From: an uncultured Gemmatimonadaceae bacterium
Lineage (GTDB): Bacteria > Gemmatimonadota > Gemmatimonadetes > Gemmatimonadales > Gemmatimonadaceae
NCBI GenBank assembly: GCA_963781585.1
Contig: CAWAGQ010000008.1
Coordinates: 64,001-128,000, forward strand
DNA length: 64,000 bases
Direction of reading: 5' to 3'
How positions within the stretch are numbered: the stretch's first letter is position 1; every line of letters starts with the position of its first letter. Shown piece by piece: positions 1-10,688 of this stretch. The translations under genes were made by a program, and so were the position numbers. The notes beneath the pieces are model-generated. The model searched no databases and was not told the origin of the DNA. It was given only the letters and a program-made list of their open reading frames with translations.

Positions 1-11
1 TCGCCGATCTG

Positions 12-1454
12 GTGCGCGCGGGACGCGTGTCTCCCCGCGAGCTCGTCTCTGCGGCCATCGAGCACATCGACGCGCGCAATCCCGCGCTGAATGCCGTCAT
101 CCACAAGATGTACGACCGCGCGCTCGCCGACGCCGACGGGGATCTGCCCCACGGGCCGTTCCACGGTGTCCCGATGCTGCTGAAGGACCTCACCTCGCTG
201 TATGCCGGGGAGCCCCTCACCAGCGGGAGCCGGCTGTTTCGCAACTGGATCGCCCCGCACGACAGCGAAATCGTCAGGCGGTACAAGCGCGCGGGCCTGA
301 TCGTCGTCGGCAAGACCAACACGCCTGAATTCGGCCTGGTGCCGTTCACCGAACCGGAGCTGTTCGGGCCGACGCGAAATCCGTGGGATACCACGCGGAC
401 GGCGGGCGGGTCATCCGGCGGATCGGCCGCGGCCGTTGCGAGCGGGATGGTGCCGGTGGCGGGCGGGGGCGACGGCGGCGGATCGATCCGGATCCCCGCG
501 TCGTGCTGCGCACTGTTCGGCCTCAAGCCGACGCGTGGCCGGAACCCCACCGGGCCGGATCAGGGCGAATTGTGGCGCGGCGCCGCGGTGGAGCACGTCC
601 TCACCCGCACGGTGCGCGACAGCGCCGCGATGCTCGACGTGCTGGCCGGGCCGGACGCCGGCGCTCCGTACTTCGCGGCGCCCCCCGACCGCCCATTTGC
701 GCAGGAGGTGGGTGCGCCACCCGGACGTCTTCGCATCGCGTTCACCACGCACCCGTTCCTCGGGCACAGCGTCCACGACGATTGCAAACGCGCTGTCGCC
801 GACGCGGCGCAGGTGCTGGAGTCGTTAGGCCACGAACTGGTCGAATCGGCGCCGGTGGTGAGCCGCGAGGAGTTCAACCTGGCGTTCCTCACGCTGGTCT
901 GCGCCGAGGTGCGCGCCGACTTCTCCGACGCACGCGTGGCGCTCGGCCATCCGGTGCATCGGACCGAGGTCGAAGCCCCCACCTGGGCGCTGGCACTCCT
1001 CGGCAAGCAGATCACCAGCGGCGACTACGCGTCAGCACTGCGCTATCTGCAGCGCACCGGCCGCCGCATCGGCGAGTTCTTCGAGCGCGTGCACGTGTTG
1101 CTCACACCGACCGTGGCCACCCCGCCATTCCGGCACGGCGCCCTGCAACCCCCGGCCAGCGAACTCGCGCTCATGCGGACGCTCGGCGCGGTGCACGCCG
1201 GCGTGGTGCTGCGCCTGATGGGGGCGCTCAAGCGCGCGGCCGACACGGTCTTCGACTGGATTCCGTGGCCTCCGCTCGCCAACATCACCGGCCAGCCCGC
1301 CATGTCGCTGCCGCTGTCATGGAATGCCGAGGGACTTCCAATCGGCGTACACTTCATGGGCCGCTACGGCGACGAGGCAACGCTGCTGCGTCTGGCGGCA
1401 CAGCTCGAAGACGCGGTGCCGTGGAGGGACCGCCATCCTCCAGTGTGGTCGTAG
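12..1454 (+). CDS. Amidase-signature family amidase (5' end probably outside the window)
   Basis: Motifs [23 protein letters not shown] and [11 protein letters not shown]. Confidence 0.92.
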   Translation: MRAGRVSPRELVSAAIEHIDARNPALNAVIHKMYDRALADADGDLPHGPFHGVPMLLKDLTSLYAGEPLTSGSRLFRNWIAPHDSEIVRRYKRAGLIVVGKTNTPEFGLVPFTEPELFGPTRNPWDTTRTAGGSSGGSAAAVASGMVPVAGGGDGGGSIRIPASCCALFGLKPTRGRNPTGPDQGELWRGAAVEHVLTRTVRDSAAMLDVLAGPDAGAPYFAAPPDRPFAQEVGAPPGRLRIAFTTHPFLGHSVHDDCKRAVADAAQVLESLGHELVESAPVVSREEFNLAFLTLVCAEVRADFSDARVALGHPVHRTEVEAPTWALALLGKQITSGDYASALRYLQRTGRRIGEFFERVHVLLTPTVATPPFRHGALQPPASELALMRTLGAVHAGVVLRLMGALKRAADTVFDWIPWPPLANITGQPAMSLPLSWNAEGLPIGVHFMGRYGDEATLLRLAAQLEDAVPWRDRHPPVWS

Positions 1455-1487
1455 TGCCGGGAACCCGAATCGAACGAGGTCCCCCCC

Positions 1488-1976
1488 ATGCATCCCTTGA
1501 GTACGTCGATCGGTCTGAGCGACATCGTGCTGCGGCTTGGCGCGGCGATGCTGATTGGTGCGGTGCTCGGCATCAATCGCGAGCTGCACGAGAAGCCGGC
1601 CGGCCTCAAGACGATGACGCTGGTGTCGCTGAGCACGGCCCTGCTCACGATGGTCAGCATCTCGTTCGCCACCATGACCGGCGTGGTCGAGGGGACGGCG
1701 GTGGCGCGCGTTGTACAGGGCGTGTTGACGGGGATCGGGTTTCTCGGCGCCGGCGTGATTCTGCGTGGTGACACGGTACGTGACATCGCCGGGCTGACCA
1801 CGGCGGCGCTGATCTGGCTCGCCGCCGCGCTCGGCATCGCCTGCGGCGCAGGTCAGTGGGAGCTCACCCTCTCGGCGCTCGTGGCCATGCTGATCGTGCT
1901 GCTGGCGGGCGGGCCGCTCGAGCGCGCGATTCACCGTCGCCGGCATGGCGACACGGACGGGATCAATGGCCGATGA
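1488..1976 (+). CDS. MgtC/SapB family membrane protein
   Basis: Motifs IGAVLGINRE..KPAGLKT, GIGFLGAGVI and GLTTAALIW. Confidence 0.9.
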   Translation: MHPLSTSIGLSDIVLRLGAAMLIGAVLGINRELHEKPAGLKTMTLVSLSTALLTMVSISFATMTGVVEGTAVARVVQGVLTGIGFLGAGVILRGDTVRDIAGLTTAALIWLAAALGIACGAGQWELTLSALVAMLIVLLAGGPLERAIHRRRHGDTDGINGR

Positions 1977-1978
1977 TT

Positions 1979-4378
1979 CTACTCCTGACGCAAGGACTGC
2001 ACCGGGTCCACGCGACTGGCCCGCCGAGCGGGCCAGAGGCTGGCGGCGGTGCTCACGACCACCAGGATGGTGATCGCGGCGACCAGCGACTCCGTATCGC
2101 TTGGGGAGACGCCGGCCAGCAGTGGGGTGAGCGTGCCGGCCAGCCAGACCGCCGCCACTCCTCCCGCCACCAGTGCCGCCGCGGTGGTCCGCAGGTTGGT
2201 CCGGAGCACGTCGCCCAGAATCATCGACGGCGTGGCGCCTAACGCCATTCGCACGCCGAACTCGCGGGTGCGCTGGGCGACGGTGTAGCTCTGGAGTCCG
2301 TAGACGCCGATGATCGCCAGCACCAGCGCCAGCCCGGAAAAGATGCCGATCACCGCGGCATTGAACCGCGGCCGGATGAGCTGACGCTGCGCACGGGCGG
2401 CGAGCGTGGCGAACGACGAGACCTGCAGATCCGGATCGAGTGTTCGAAGGAATGCGCCAACCTCGCGCGCAATCGCCGGCGTGCCGCTGGTTCGGATCAC
2501 CAGGTACGTCGCCCACCGCGGTCGTTGCCGGTTGGACCAGTAGATCTGCGGCTCGACGGGGGCATTCGGGTTGGCGGCGGGGACGTCCTTCACCACACCA
2601 ACGATTTCGAACGTCACGCTGTCGTCGGGCAGCCGCAGCCGCCGGCCCACCGGATCGGCGTTGGGCCAGAATCGGGCCGCGAGCCGCTCGTTGATCACCG
2701 CGACCAGCGTGCCACCCGCCAGATCGGTGGCCGCGATGTCCCGGCCGTGCACGACCGGCACGCCGAGAGTGGCGAAGTAGCCGGGTCCCACATCGAACCA
2801 GCGCACCGTGCCGCGCACCTGCTCGGCCGGTTGCCCGCCGTCGGCGATCGCCAGGGCCGTTTCGGTGCCGCCGAAGAGCGGACCGGCGGAGGCTTCTCCG
2901 GCAGCCTCGACTCCGGGCAGCGTGGCGACTCCGTCACGCGCGCGCGCGAACAACTGCGCCACGTCGGCCGGTGTCGGATACTTGCTCTGCGACGCAAGCA
3001 GCCAGGTCGTGGTCACCCGGTCGAGCGGAATGCCCGGCGCCCATCCGCTGAGCGTCGCCAGGGAGCGGACCAGCAGGCCGGCCCCGGTCACCAGCACGAC
3101 CGCGAGCGCGATCTCCAGCGCCACCAGCGATCGGCCGAGGGGGACGCCCCGCATCGACGACGTGCGGACCCCGTCGCCGAGCTGCGACCGCACGTCGGCG
3201 CGCCCGCTGCGGATGGCCGGTACCACGCCGACCAGCAGTCCGGTCAGCAGCGACAGCCCGATCACGAACACGGTCACGCGGGCATCGAGGTGCACGGCGT
3301 CGAGGCGGGGAATGTCGCGGGGCGCGAGCGCCACGAACAGGCGGCTGAGCCACGTGCCGGCCAGCAGTCCGAGGGCGCCGCCGACCACGGCGATCACCAG
3401 GCTCTCGACCAGCACACCACGGGCGAGCACCCACCGCGGAGCGCCGAGGGCAGCCCGGAGCGCGTATTCGCGCGCCCGGGTCGCGTTTCGCGCGAGATAG
3501 AGATTGGCCAGATTCGCGCAGCCGATGAGCAGCACGAAGGTCACGGCGCCGAGGAAGGTCAGCAGCGTGCCCCGGGCGGAACCGATGATCAGGTCCTGCA
3601 CCGGGCGCACTTCGATCCGCCAGTCGGGCTTGTCGGCAAAGTGGGTGGCCCGCAGTCCGCCGCCGAGCCGCGACACGTCGCGACGCGCCTCGTCGATGGT
3701 CGCGGACGCGTTCAGCCGCGCAAACGCCCGGAATCCACGCCAAGTGCGGTTCTCCTCGCTGGCCGGAGCGAACGGAATCGGCAGCCAGACGTCGACGTCC
3801 TCCATGGTCGGAATCCGCACGTCGGGGTCGAGGACGCCGACGATGGTACGCGACTCGTCGTTGAGGATCACCGGTTGCTCGAGCGCGTCGGCACGCCCGC
3901 CGAGCTGTTCCTGCCAGAAGCGGTGGCTCACGAGTGCCACCTTCGCGCCGGCTCCGACCTCGTCCGGCGCGAACGCGCGGCCACGTTCGACCCGCACGCC
4001 GAGCAGCGTGAACAGCGACGGTGTCGCCAGTCCGCCGGTCGCGCTGACCGCCCCGTCGCGCCCGCGCATCACCACCGGCCAGTCGCGGCCAAGCCCGACC
4101 GCAGAGAGGGTCCCAGTCTCCCTTCCGAGGTCAGTCGCGTTAGGCGGTGACGTGACGCAGAACGAATCGCGTTCCCGCTCCGGAAACTCGCAGAGCGCCA
4201 CCAGCTGTGACGGTCTCGGGAAGGGGAGCGGCCGCAGCAGGATGCCGTTGACGACGTTGAACACGCCGGCGTTGGCACCGATGATCAGCGCGACGGTCGC
4301 GACCGCGGCGAGCGAGAAGGCGCGGTGGCGGGCGAGGCCTCGCCAGGCGGCACGAAAGTCGGCACGGATCGAGAACAC
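1979..4378 (-). CDS. Orphan duplicated ABC permease (MacB/FtsX, ADOP type)
   Basis: Motifs LLRPLPF, VLLIGCANLANL..AR, RTREFGVRMALGA and PARRASRVDP; GTG start at 4378 inferred; no adjacent ATPase. Confidence 0.9.
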   Translation of the reverse strand: MFSIRADFRAAWRGLARHRAFSLAAVATVALIIGANAGVFNVVNGILLRPLPFPRPSQLVALCEFPERERDSFCVTSPPNATDLGRETGTLSAVGLGRDWPVVMRGRDGAVSATGGLATPSLFTLLGVRVERGRAFAPDEVGAGAKVALVSHRFWQEQLGGRADALEQPVILNDESRTIVGVLDPDVRIPTMEDVDVWLPIPFAPASEENRTWRGFRAFARLNASATIDEARRDVSRLGGGLRATHFADKPDWRIEVRPVQDLIIGSARGTLLTFLGAVTFVLLIGCANLANLYLARNATRAREYALRAALGAPRWVLARGVLVESLVIAVVGGALGLLAGTWLSRLFVALAPRDIPRLDAVHLDARVTVFVIGLSLLTGLLVGVVPAIRSGRADVRSQLGDGVRTSSMRGVPLGRSLVALEIALAVVLVTGAGLLVRSLATLSGWAPGIPLDRVTTTWLLASQSKYPTPADVAQLFARARDGVATLPGVEAAGEASAGPLFGGTETALAIADGGQPAEQVRGTVRWFDVGPGYFATLGVPVVHGRDIAATDLAGGTLVAVINERLAARFWPNADPVGRRLRLPDDSVTFEIVGVVKDVPAANPNAPVEPQIYWSNRQRPRWATYLVIRTSGTPAIAREVGAFLRTLDPDLQVSSFATLAARAQRQLIRPRFNAAVIGIFSGLALVLAIIGVYGLQSYTVAQRTREFGVRMALGATPSMILGDVLRTNLRTTAAALVAGGVAAVWLAGTLTPLLAGVSPSDTESLVAAITILVVVSTAASLWPARRASRVDPVQSLRQE

Positions 4379-4601
4379 GGAAGAACCCCCGCGTTTGGGC
4401 AAGAACGGGCACCTTGTCGAATGCTTCGAGCGCATGCCGCGCCCGGTATCAGGGATTCTCCTGACACGCACTTCCGTGGATACCGATAGGTGGAGGCCGC
4501 CCTGCGTCCTCTGCGGCCTCCGTGGTTCAAATCATTCTCTGCCACAGAGGGCTCATGATGCCTGGCCCGCGGTCGCAGCGTCCTCTGCGGTGCCTGAATG
4601 C

Positions 4602-5798
4602 CTAACGCCTTTGCTTGACGTCGATTACCACGTTGCTGTCGGCGGTGAAGACGTGCAGCGTCCCCTTCGGCATCGCCCCTGCGTCGGTCCACATCACCAC
4701 CCGCCGCCCCTCAACCTCGGCGGCCTGCGAACCGCCGATCGCCGGCCGCGGCACCAAAAGAGCGAGCGATGCCAGTGCGGCCAGCCAGGACGCGTGCACC
4801 GCAGGACTGCGAACCGGAGACCCGGATTGCTCCGGCATCGTCAGTCGCCGCACCCGAACCAGCAGCGATGAACGTGGATGCTCGAGCATCGCCGGCACTG
4901 TCATACCCACTCCCGTCACCGTCCATTCCGCGACTCGCGCCAGGCACCGCGCGAGCGTTACCGGCTGCGAGGTGAGCGCCACCGCCCACTCATCGGCCGC
5001 CAGCTCCGTGGCGTCGAGCATGCGGCGGCGCGCCAGACGATTCAGTGGCTGGAAGAAGAACGCGACCTCCACCAGCCGCGCCAGCATCAGCCAGGCACCG
5101 TCGCGGCGCTCGAGGTGCGCCAGTTCGTGCGCCAGAATGCTCTCAAGCTGCGCGAGATCGAATTCGGTCAGCGCTCTCTGCGGTACGTAGATCTCGCTCG
5201 CCCCCACCGCAACGGGACTGGGGAGGTTCCGCACTACGACCGCGTGCACGGGGCGTTCGATCCCGGCGCGACGGCGGAGATCCCGCAGAGCAGCCGACAG
5301 GATCGTGTGCTCGCCCGGCACCGGGGAGGCCAGGGCGCGCCTGAGACGTCGCCTCGCCAGCGCGAACAGCCCGAGACCAAGCGCCACGCCCCCCATCCAG
5401 CAGAGCGCGACCCACAACGGCCACCCCGGCGCGATCGCGACGCGCGCCACCATGGAGCGCGGCGCCGGAACTCCCGTCGTCGCCTCGGCGTTCACCATCA
5501 GACGAATCGCACGCCCCGCCTCGCGCATCACCGGAACCGAGCCGGAGAGCGGGGCCAGCACGCGCGCGGACTGGAGGGTCGCGGTCGCGATGCCGCCCAC
5601 CAGCGCCACCCGCCACAGGGTCGCCATTCGCGCGACGCCAAGCCGGCTGCCTAACGGCGACCGGGCCACCAGCCACACCCCACCGATCAGCAGCGTGCTC
5701 TGGACCAGATAGGTCGCCAGCCAGCCCGTCACCCACGCCGAGCCGAGAAGCACCGGCGGGGCGAACCGGAGCAGCGTCTCAACGAGTGCCGGGTACAT
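4602..5798 (-). CDS. M56 family metallopeptidase (BlaR1/MecR1-like sensor)
   Basis: ILAHELAHLERRD zinc motif, FFQPL..LARRR..E..AD, N-terminal TM segments; overlaps the upstream BlaI-like gene. Confidence 0.9.
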   Translation of the reverse strand: MYPALVETLLRFAPPVLLGSAWVTGWLATYLVQSTLLIGGVWLVARSPLGSRLGVARMATLWRVALVGGIATATLQSARVLAPLSGSVPVMREAGRAIRLMVNAEATTGVPAPRSMVARVAIAPGWPLWVALCWMGGVALGLGLFALARRRLRRALASPVPGEHTILSAALRDLRRRAGIERPVHAVVVRNLPSPVAVGASEIYVPQRALTEFDLAQLESILAHELAHLERRDGAWLMLARLVEVAFFFQPLNRLARRRMLDATELAADEWAVALTSQPVTLARCLARVAEWTVTGVGMTVPAMLEHPRSSLLVRVRRLTMPEQSGSPVRSPAVHASWLAALASLALLVPRPAIGGSQAAEVEGRRVVMWTDAGAMPKGTLHVFTADSNVVIDVKQRR

Positions 5799-6177
5799 CG
5801 GCGGTGCGCTCGGCCTGCGCGATCAGCTTCTTGACCTCGTCGAGATCCCGCGTGGCGATCTCGCGGTCGGCCAGCAGATGGCTGATGAGGGCCGCCGGGC
5901 TTCCGTCGAACAGCAGCGCGGTGAGTTCCGCGACCATCGAACGCCGCACCTGCGGCTCCGTGACCCTGGCGCGATAGATGAACTGCCGTCCGTCCGGACG
6001 ATGGTTCACCAGCCCGCGCTTCTCCAGGCGGCTCAGAATCGTCGCGACGGTGGTCAGCGCCAGGCGGCGCCCGGGCAGGAGCGAATCCTGCACCTCCAGC
6101 ACCGTGCACTCGCCACGCTCCCAGAGGGTGCGCACCACCGCGAGTTGAAGGTCGGTGAGATGGACTTCAGTGGCCAT
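5779..6177 (-). CDS. BlaI/MecI/CopY family repressor
   Basis: LTDLQLAVVRTLW..GECTV..V and LALTTVATILSRLEKRG pattern. Confidence 0.92.
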   Translation of the reverse strand: MATEVHLTDLQLAVVRTLWERGECTVLEVQDSLLPGRRLALTTVATILSRLEKRGLVNHRPDGRQFIYRARVTEPQVRRSMVAELTALLFDGSPAALISHLLADREIATRDLDEVKKLIAQAERTADVPGTR

Positions 6178-6287
6178 GTGACGCTCTTCAGCCGAGGACG
6201 GGATACATCGACGCGTGTCGTTTCAATGAGACACGGCTCACCCGTCCACGGTTTACGCCCCCACGGGCCGGCTGCCGCGGCCGGGCG

Positions 6288-9065
6288 TCAGCGCATCGCC
6301 CCCGCGAACACCGCGTTGAACAGCAGCTTGAACGTGCCGTGCGGCTGCGCGCGCTGGAGAATCTCGGGCCCGTATAGCACCACCCGTCCCTTCCCGAGCG
6401 GTGCGTCGATCGCCACCACTCCGTTCTCGAGATACTGCTGTCCCCACGACCATCCGCTGTGGAGCGGCGCCGCGGTGTCGAACCATCCCACCCGGTTCAC
6501 GCCTGACGACGACGCGTCGGGCGCGAGGTCGAACACCGGGCTGTTGTCGAAGAACACGTCGGTGTGCTCGGCCATCCCCCAGGTGAGCGGACTCGACGTG
6601 TCGAACCGCGCGGTGAGCACCGACCCGGGCGTGTAGAATTTCGTCTGCGGCAGCGGCCGGCCGTCCTCCACGAGATGATTGCTCACCGGGAGGTGGAGCT
6701 GCGCGGCGAGGTTGGCCGCCGAACTGCCGATGGCGATGATCGTCCCCCCGTTTTCCACGAACGCGCGGAGCTGTGGAATGGTCTTGCCGGCGGTCACGCT
6801 CCCCAGCTGCCCCCGGTACTCCTCCGGGATGTCCGCCGCGTCAGGCGCGCCCCCGCCCCGGCCACCTCGACCGCCGGCCGTCCCCGGGATCGCACCGCCC
6901 ACGAATAGCAGGACGTCGTACCGGTCATTCAGCCTGCCGGCGTCCAGCGTCGGGGCAAACACCCGCTCGAACGGGAACTCGAACTGCTCCAGGATCCACC
7001 GTGCCCACCCCGCGTCGATCGATCCGCCATACTGATCCCACAGTCCGATCCGCGGCGCGCGCAGCTTCGTGATGTCCTTCGCCTGCGGCATGCCGGCGCC
7101 GTCGAAGCTCACCCCCAGCTCGAGCGCGTCGAGCTCCACTTCGCGGCGCGTCGATCCCCGCGACCGCGCGAAAAACGTGCCCGCCGGATACACCGTGCCC
7201 TTCACCGTCACCGGGGAGCGCAGCGCGTACACGTCGTTGCCCGCCTTGAGCAGCCGATTCACCGCGATCACCGCGTTGTTCACCTTGCGACTGACGAAGA
7301 AGCCCGCGGCGCCCTGCGCGTTCGTCACGTGTCCCGACAGCGGCTTGATGTTCCACTCGGTGATCCGCTCGCATGGACAGGTGAATCCCTCAAGGATCCG
7401 GTCGAACTGCACCCCCATCTGGAACGCCAGCGTCCAGCCGGCATTGTCGTAAGGCGGCGTCGGCGGACCGCCCGGGATGGGGAAGACGTCCGGATGCACC
7501 TGCGGTTCGAACATATCCATCACATGCGGACGAAACGCCTGCGCGGTCATCACCACGAACGAACCCGCGGGGTACCGCTTCCCGTTGACCGAGAATTCGC
7601 GCGTGGAGCGCTGCACGGCAATCCCCGTCTCGCGCAGCGCATCGATGAACGTCGTGGCGGTGGGAAAGTCCGGCTGATCGGCGGAGAGGATGTATCCCCT
7701 CGGGTCGCGCAGCTCCGGCTTGTGCAGCTCGGCCCAGAACGCCATGTCGCTTTCGGCGGATCCGCCGCCCCGTCCTCCCCCGCCACCGCCACCACCACCC
7801 CGGCCGCCCCTGGCGGCGGCCATCTCCTCGGCCACCGCGGCGTAGCGGCGCGGATTCGGCGTCCAGGTGTCGGTGCTCCCCCGTTCGATCGAGTGCTTCC
7901 CCATCGTATAGATGTTGAACAGCAGGTTCTCGCGCAGTCGCGACGCGTAGTCGAGGATCGCCCGGTCGGCGGAGATCGAGTAGTCGATCGACTGGCGGAA
8001 GTGCCACTCCTGCGGCGGCACCGGAAACACCTCGTCGGCCGTCGGCAGCTGTCGCTGCATCACCAGCGGGATCCGCATCGGCGTGGGGCTCCCCACCATC
8101 TCGGTGAGGATGGCGATGACGTTGTGGAACGCGGCGGTGTTCCGGATGCCGCCGTTCCACCAGCCGTCGTACGGACCACCCGACCGCATGGTGGCGCCGG
8201 GCTTCCCCTCCACCGCCATCCGCGTGTGCAGCCACGCGCCTAACGTCTGGAAGCCGAGAACCAGGATCGGGTCGAGATTGTAGTTGTTGGGGTCGCGGAA
8301 CGGCGGCGAGTAGAAGATCGTCCCGGCCGGTCCGCTCTGATGATGGTTGTAGAGGATCTGCGGAAACCACTGGTGATACAGCACGCGATTGATGTTCTCG
8401 GTCTCGGCCTGCGTGGACATGAAGAAGTCGCGATTGTTGTCGTGGCCGATGTACTTCTGGTACAGCACCGGCAGCCCCGACATGGTACGCTGCTCGGGGA
8501 CCGGGTTCCGCATGTACCAGTTGGCCACCAGATCGTTTCCGTCGGGGTTGGCGTGGACGAACAGGATGATGCAGTCGTTCAGGAAGCGGAGCGTCTCCTC
8601 GTCGGTCCGGCTCACCATCTGGTAGACCATCTCGGCCAGCTGCTGGGCGCCCAGCACCTCGGTGGCGTGCAAACCGCCGTCGATCCAGACCACCGCCTTC
8701 CCTTCCTTCGCCAGCGCGCGCGCATCGTCGTCGGTGAGACCTTCGGCAAGCGCCAGGCGGCGCGAGATCTCCTGATAGCGCGCGAGCCGCCGCTGATTCT
8801 CCGGCGCCGTGACGATCGCCATGAGTTGCGTCCGCCCCTCGGCCGTACGACCGATGTCCCGCAGCACCAGCCGGTCGGATTCGTCGTCGAGCTTGTGCCA
8901 GTAGGCGGCGATCTGCTGGTAGTTCGCCAGCCAGTAGTCGTCACCGAAGTCGTGGCCGAACTGCTCCTTCGGCGTGGTGATGTGTCCCTGCGCGCGGACG
9001 ACTCCGGTCGGCGCGATGCACAGAAGGGCGAGGACGATCCCGACGGCGCTGCTCCTGGACCTCAT
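6288..9065 (-). CDS. M14 family zinc carboxypeptidase, secreted
   Basis: IDGGLHATE, NPDG, GHDNNRD and NHHQ motifs; signal peptide after ATG at 9065. Confidence 0.88.
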   Translation of the reverse strand: MRSRSSAVGIVLALLCIAPTGVVRAQGHITTPKEQFGHDFGDDYWLANYQQIAAYWHKLDDESDRLVLRDIGRTAEGRTQLMAIVTAPENQRRLARYQEISRRLALAEGLTDDDARALAKEGKAVVWIDGGLHATEVLGAQQLAEMVYQMVSRTDEETLRFLNDCIILFVHANPDGNDLVANWYMRNPVPEQRTMSGLPVLYQKYIGHDNNRDFFMSTQAETENINRVLYHQWFPQILYNHHQSGPAGTIFYSPPFRDPNNYNLDPILVLGFQTLGAWLHTRMAVEGKPGATMRSGGPYDGWWNGGIRNTAAFHNVIAILTEMVGSPTPMRIPLVMQRQLPTADEVFPVPPQEWHFRQSIDYSISADRAILDYASRLRENLLFNIYTMGKHSIERGSTDTWTPNPRRYAAVAEEMAAARGGRGGGGGGGGGRGGGSAESDMAFWAELHKPELRDPRGYILSADQPDFPTATTFIDALRETGIAVQRSTREFSVNGKRYPAGSFVVMTAQAFRPHVMDMFEPQVHPDVFPIPGGPPTPPYDNAGWTLAFQMGVQFDRILEGFTCPCERITEWNIKPLSGHVTNAQGAAGFFVSRKVNNAVIAVNRLLKAGNDVYALRSPVTVKGTVYPAGTFFARSRGSTRREVELDALELGVSFDGAGMPQAKDITKLRAPRIGLWDQYGGSIDAGWARWILEQFEFPFERVFAPTLDAGRLNDRYDVLLFVGGAIPGTAGGRGGRGGGAPDAADIPEEYRGQLGSVTAGKTIPQLRAFVENGGTIIAIGSSAANLAAQLHLPVSNHLVEDGRPLPQTKFYTPGSVLTARFDTSSPLTWGMAEHTDVFFDNSPVFDLAPDASSSGVNRVGWFDTAAPLHSGWSWGQQYLENGVVAIDAPLGKGRVVLYGPEILQRAQPHGTFKLLFNAVFAGAMR

Positions 9066-9145
9066 GGCGATTCTCCCTGGTGAGCCGCGATGCGGTGAGA
9101 GATACGCCCGCGCGGCACCTGCCGGGAGGGGAGCGCGACTCCGGT

Positions 9146-9307
9146 CTACTCGAAGTAGTCCCTGGCGATCCGCGCCCCGGCGTACATCCCCACGCCGGTG
9201 CCTACCATGCTCACGAAAAACGCAGTCATGACACCGACGAACGCGCCGAGCCACCAGCCGACCCAGCCCAGCACGGTCGCGCCGAGGAACGCGAAGAGCT
9301 TTCTCAT
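9146..9307 (-). CDS. Small 53-aa two-TM membrane protein (below the ORF-track cutoff)
   Basis: My translation: MRKLFAFLGATVLGWVGWWLGAFVGVMTAFFVSMVGTGVGMYAGARIARDYFE*; co-directional with neighbours. Confidence 0.7.
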   Translation of the reverse strand: MRKLFAFLGATVLGWVGWWLGAFVGVMTAFFVSMVGTGVGMYAGARIARDYFE

Positions 9308-9344
9308 CGCGCGCAGTCCGTGGCTTCGTTCCGCATACCTGTCG

Positions 9345-10676
9345 TCATGCCACCAGTCCTCGCTCCGCGAAGTCCTTGTAGAGGGCGTTCACCCTGATTG
9401 CCAGCTCGCGTTGCCGCGTGCGCAGGCTCTGCACCAGTTCCCGTCGTGATCGCAGCAGCATGAATCGCCGCATGTCGTTCCAGGCGGCGTGCCACCGCTC
9501 GCGTATGTACTGGGCCGAGATGCCGACGGATGGGACGAGAATCAGGACCGCGAGTCCGGTCCACACGCCGCCCACGAGCCAGGCCACCGTCACAAGGACG
9601 ATCGTCCAGACCAGATAGAACAGCGCCCCCACCAACAGCTTGAAGGTCGACCGGACGTCTTCGGGGACGCGCGCACGCGCCGCGAGAAACCCGGTCAGCC
9701 GGTACGGCAGCCAGAAGATGGCGACCCCCGCCAGTGCGAGGGCGAGCGCCGCCGGAATCGCCAGGTGGAGCCGGCGGACTGCCCAGAGCAGACCACGGGA
9801 AAGTCCCACATCGGCCCCAAGATCCGACGGCCGGAGTCCCAGGCGCGCGAGGCGGCGCCGGTGGGACTCGATTTCCCCGGCCAGTGCGAGCGCCTTGGCC
9901 TGCTCGCTGCGCCGCACCTCGGCCAGGATCCGCGTGGTCACGTCCAGGCGCGCCAGCCGATCCGCCGGATCGCGACCCGCCTCGAACTCCAGTTCCCAGA
10001 TCCGCTCGGCGAACTCCACCAGCGGGCGATCCTCCCAGCGCTCGAGATTGAGCGTTACCTGGCGGAGCGATTCGGCGATGCGGTCGGTGAGCTCGCGCAC
10101 CGCCTCGGTGTCGTCCACGCCACGAAGCGCCAGATCCTCCCAGGCCACCGGCCGCCCGGTGAAGACGAGCACTTCGGAGCGGAAGACGTCCTTCTGCCTG
10201 AGGACGAGTCCTACCGGGACGATGGGGAACGCCGCACCCGTCAGGGGATACGCGCCTAACGCGATGCGCGCGGCCCCGGTCCGCAGGGGGGCCAGTGACG
10301 GCTCGCTGTGGCTGATGCCTTCGGGGAAGATGCCGACCGCCGCGTCATCGGCGAGCGCCTGATGGACGGCGCGGAAGGTGTCCTCGTTGCGCGCCATCTG
10401 GGTGGGATCATCGACCTTGCGGTACACCGGAATCGCGCCCGCGCCCCGCACCAGCCAGCCCACGCCGCGATCGGAGAAGAGCGGGGCCTTGGCGAGGAAC
10501 CGCACCGGCCGGCGCGCCGCAGCCACCACCAGCATCGGATCGAGCAGCGAGTTCGGGTGGTTCGCGACCAGCAGCACCGCACCCGCGCGCGGAACGGGCT
10601 CGCCGGCGTACCGCACTCTGTAATAGATGGTCGCCGCGATGCGGGCGACCCGCGGGAACAGCGGAAGGAGCCACAT
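9345..10676 (-). CDS. Lysophospholipid/glycerol acyltransferase with C-terminal TM region
   Basis: NHPNSLLD (HX4D-type) and IFPEGISH motifs. Confidence 0.9.
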   Translation of the reverse strand: MWLLPLFPRVARIAATIYYRVRYAGEPVPRAGAVLLVANHPNSLLDPMLVVAAARRPVRFLAKAPLFSDRGVGWLVRGAGAIPVYRKVDDPTQMARNEDTFRAVHQALADDAAVGIFPEGISHSEPSLAPLRTGAARIALGAYPLTGAAFPIVPVGLVLRQKDVFRSEVLVFTGRPVAWEDLALRGVDDTEAVRELTDRIAESLRQVTLNLERWEDRPLVEFAERIWELEFEAGRDPADRLARLDVTTRILAEVRRSEQAKALALAGEIESHRRRLARLGLRPSDLGADVGLSRGLLWAVRRLHLAIPAALALALAGVAIFWLPYRLTGFLAARARVPEDVRSTFKLLVGALFYLVWTIVLVTVAWLVGGVWTGLAVLILVPSVGISAQYIRERWHAAWNDMRRFMLLRSRRELVQSLRTRQRELAIRVNALYKDFAERGLVA

Positions 10677-10688
10677 CCTGTCCGGGAC

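Noticed and set aside
4602..6177. Beta-lactam resistance locus (BlaR/BlaI plus the serine hydrolase at 38251)
   Set aside because: The M56 protein lacks a penicillin-binding sensor domain and has no adjacent beta-lactamase; these families are widespread.
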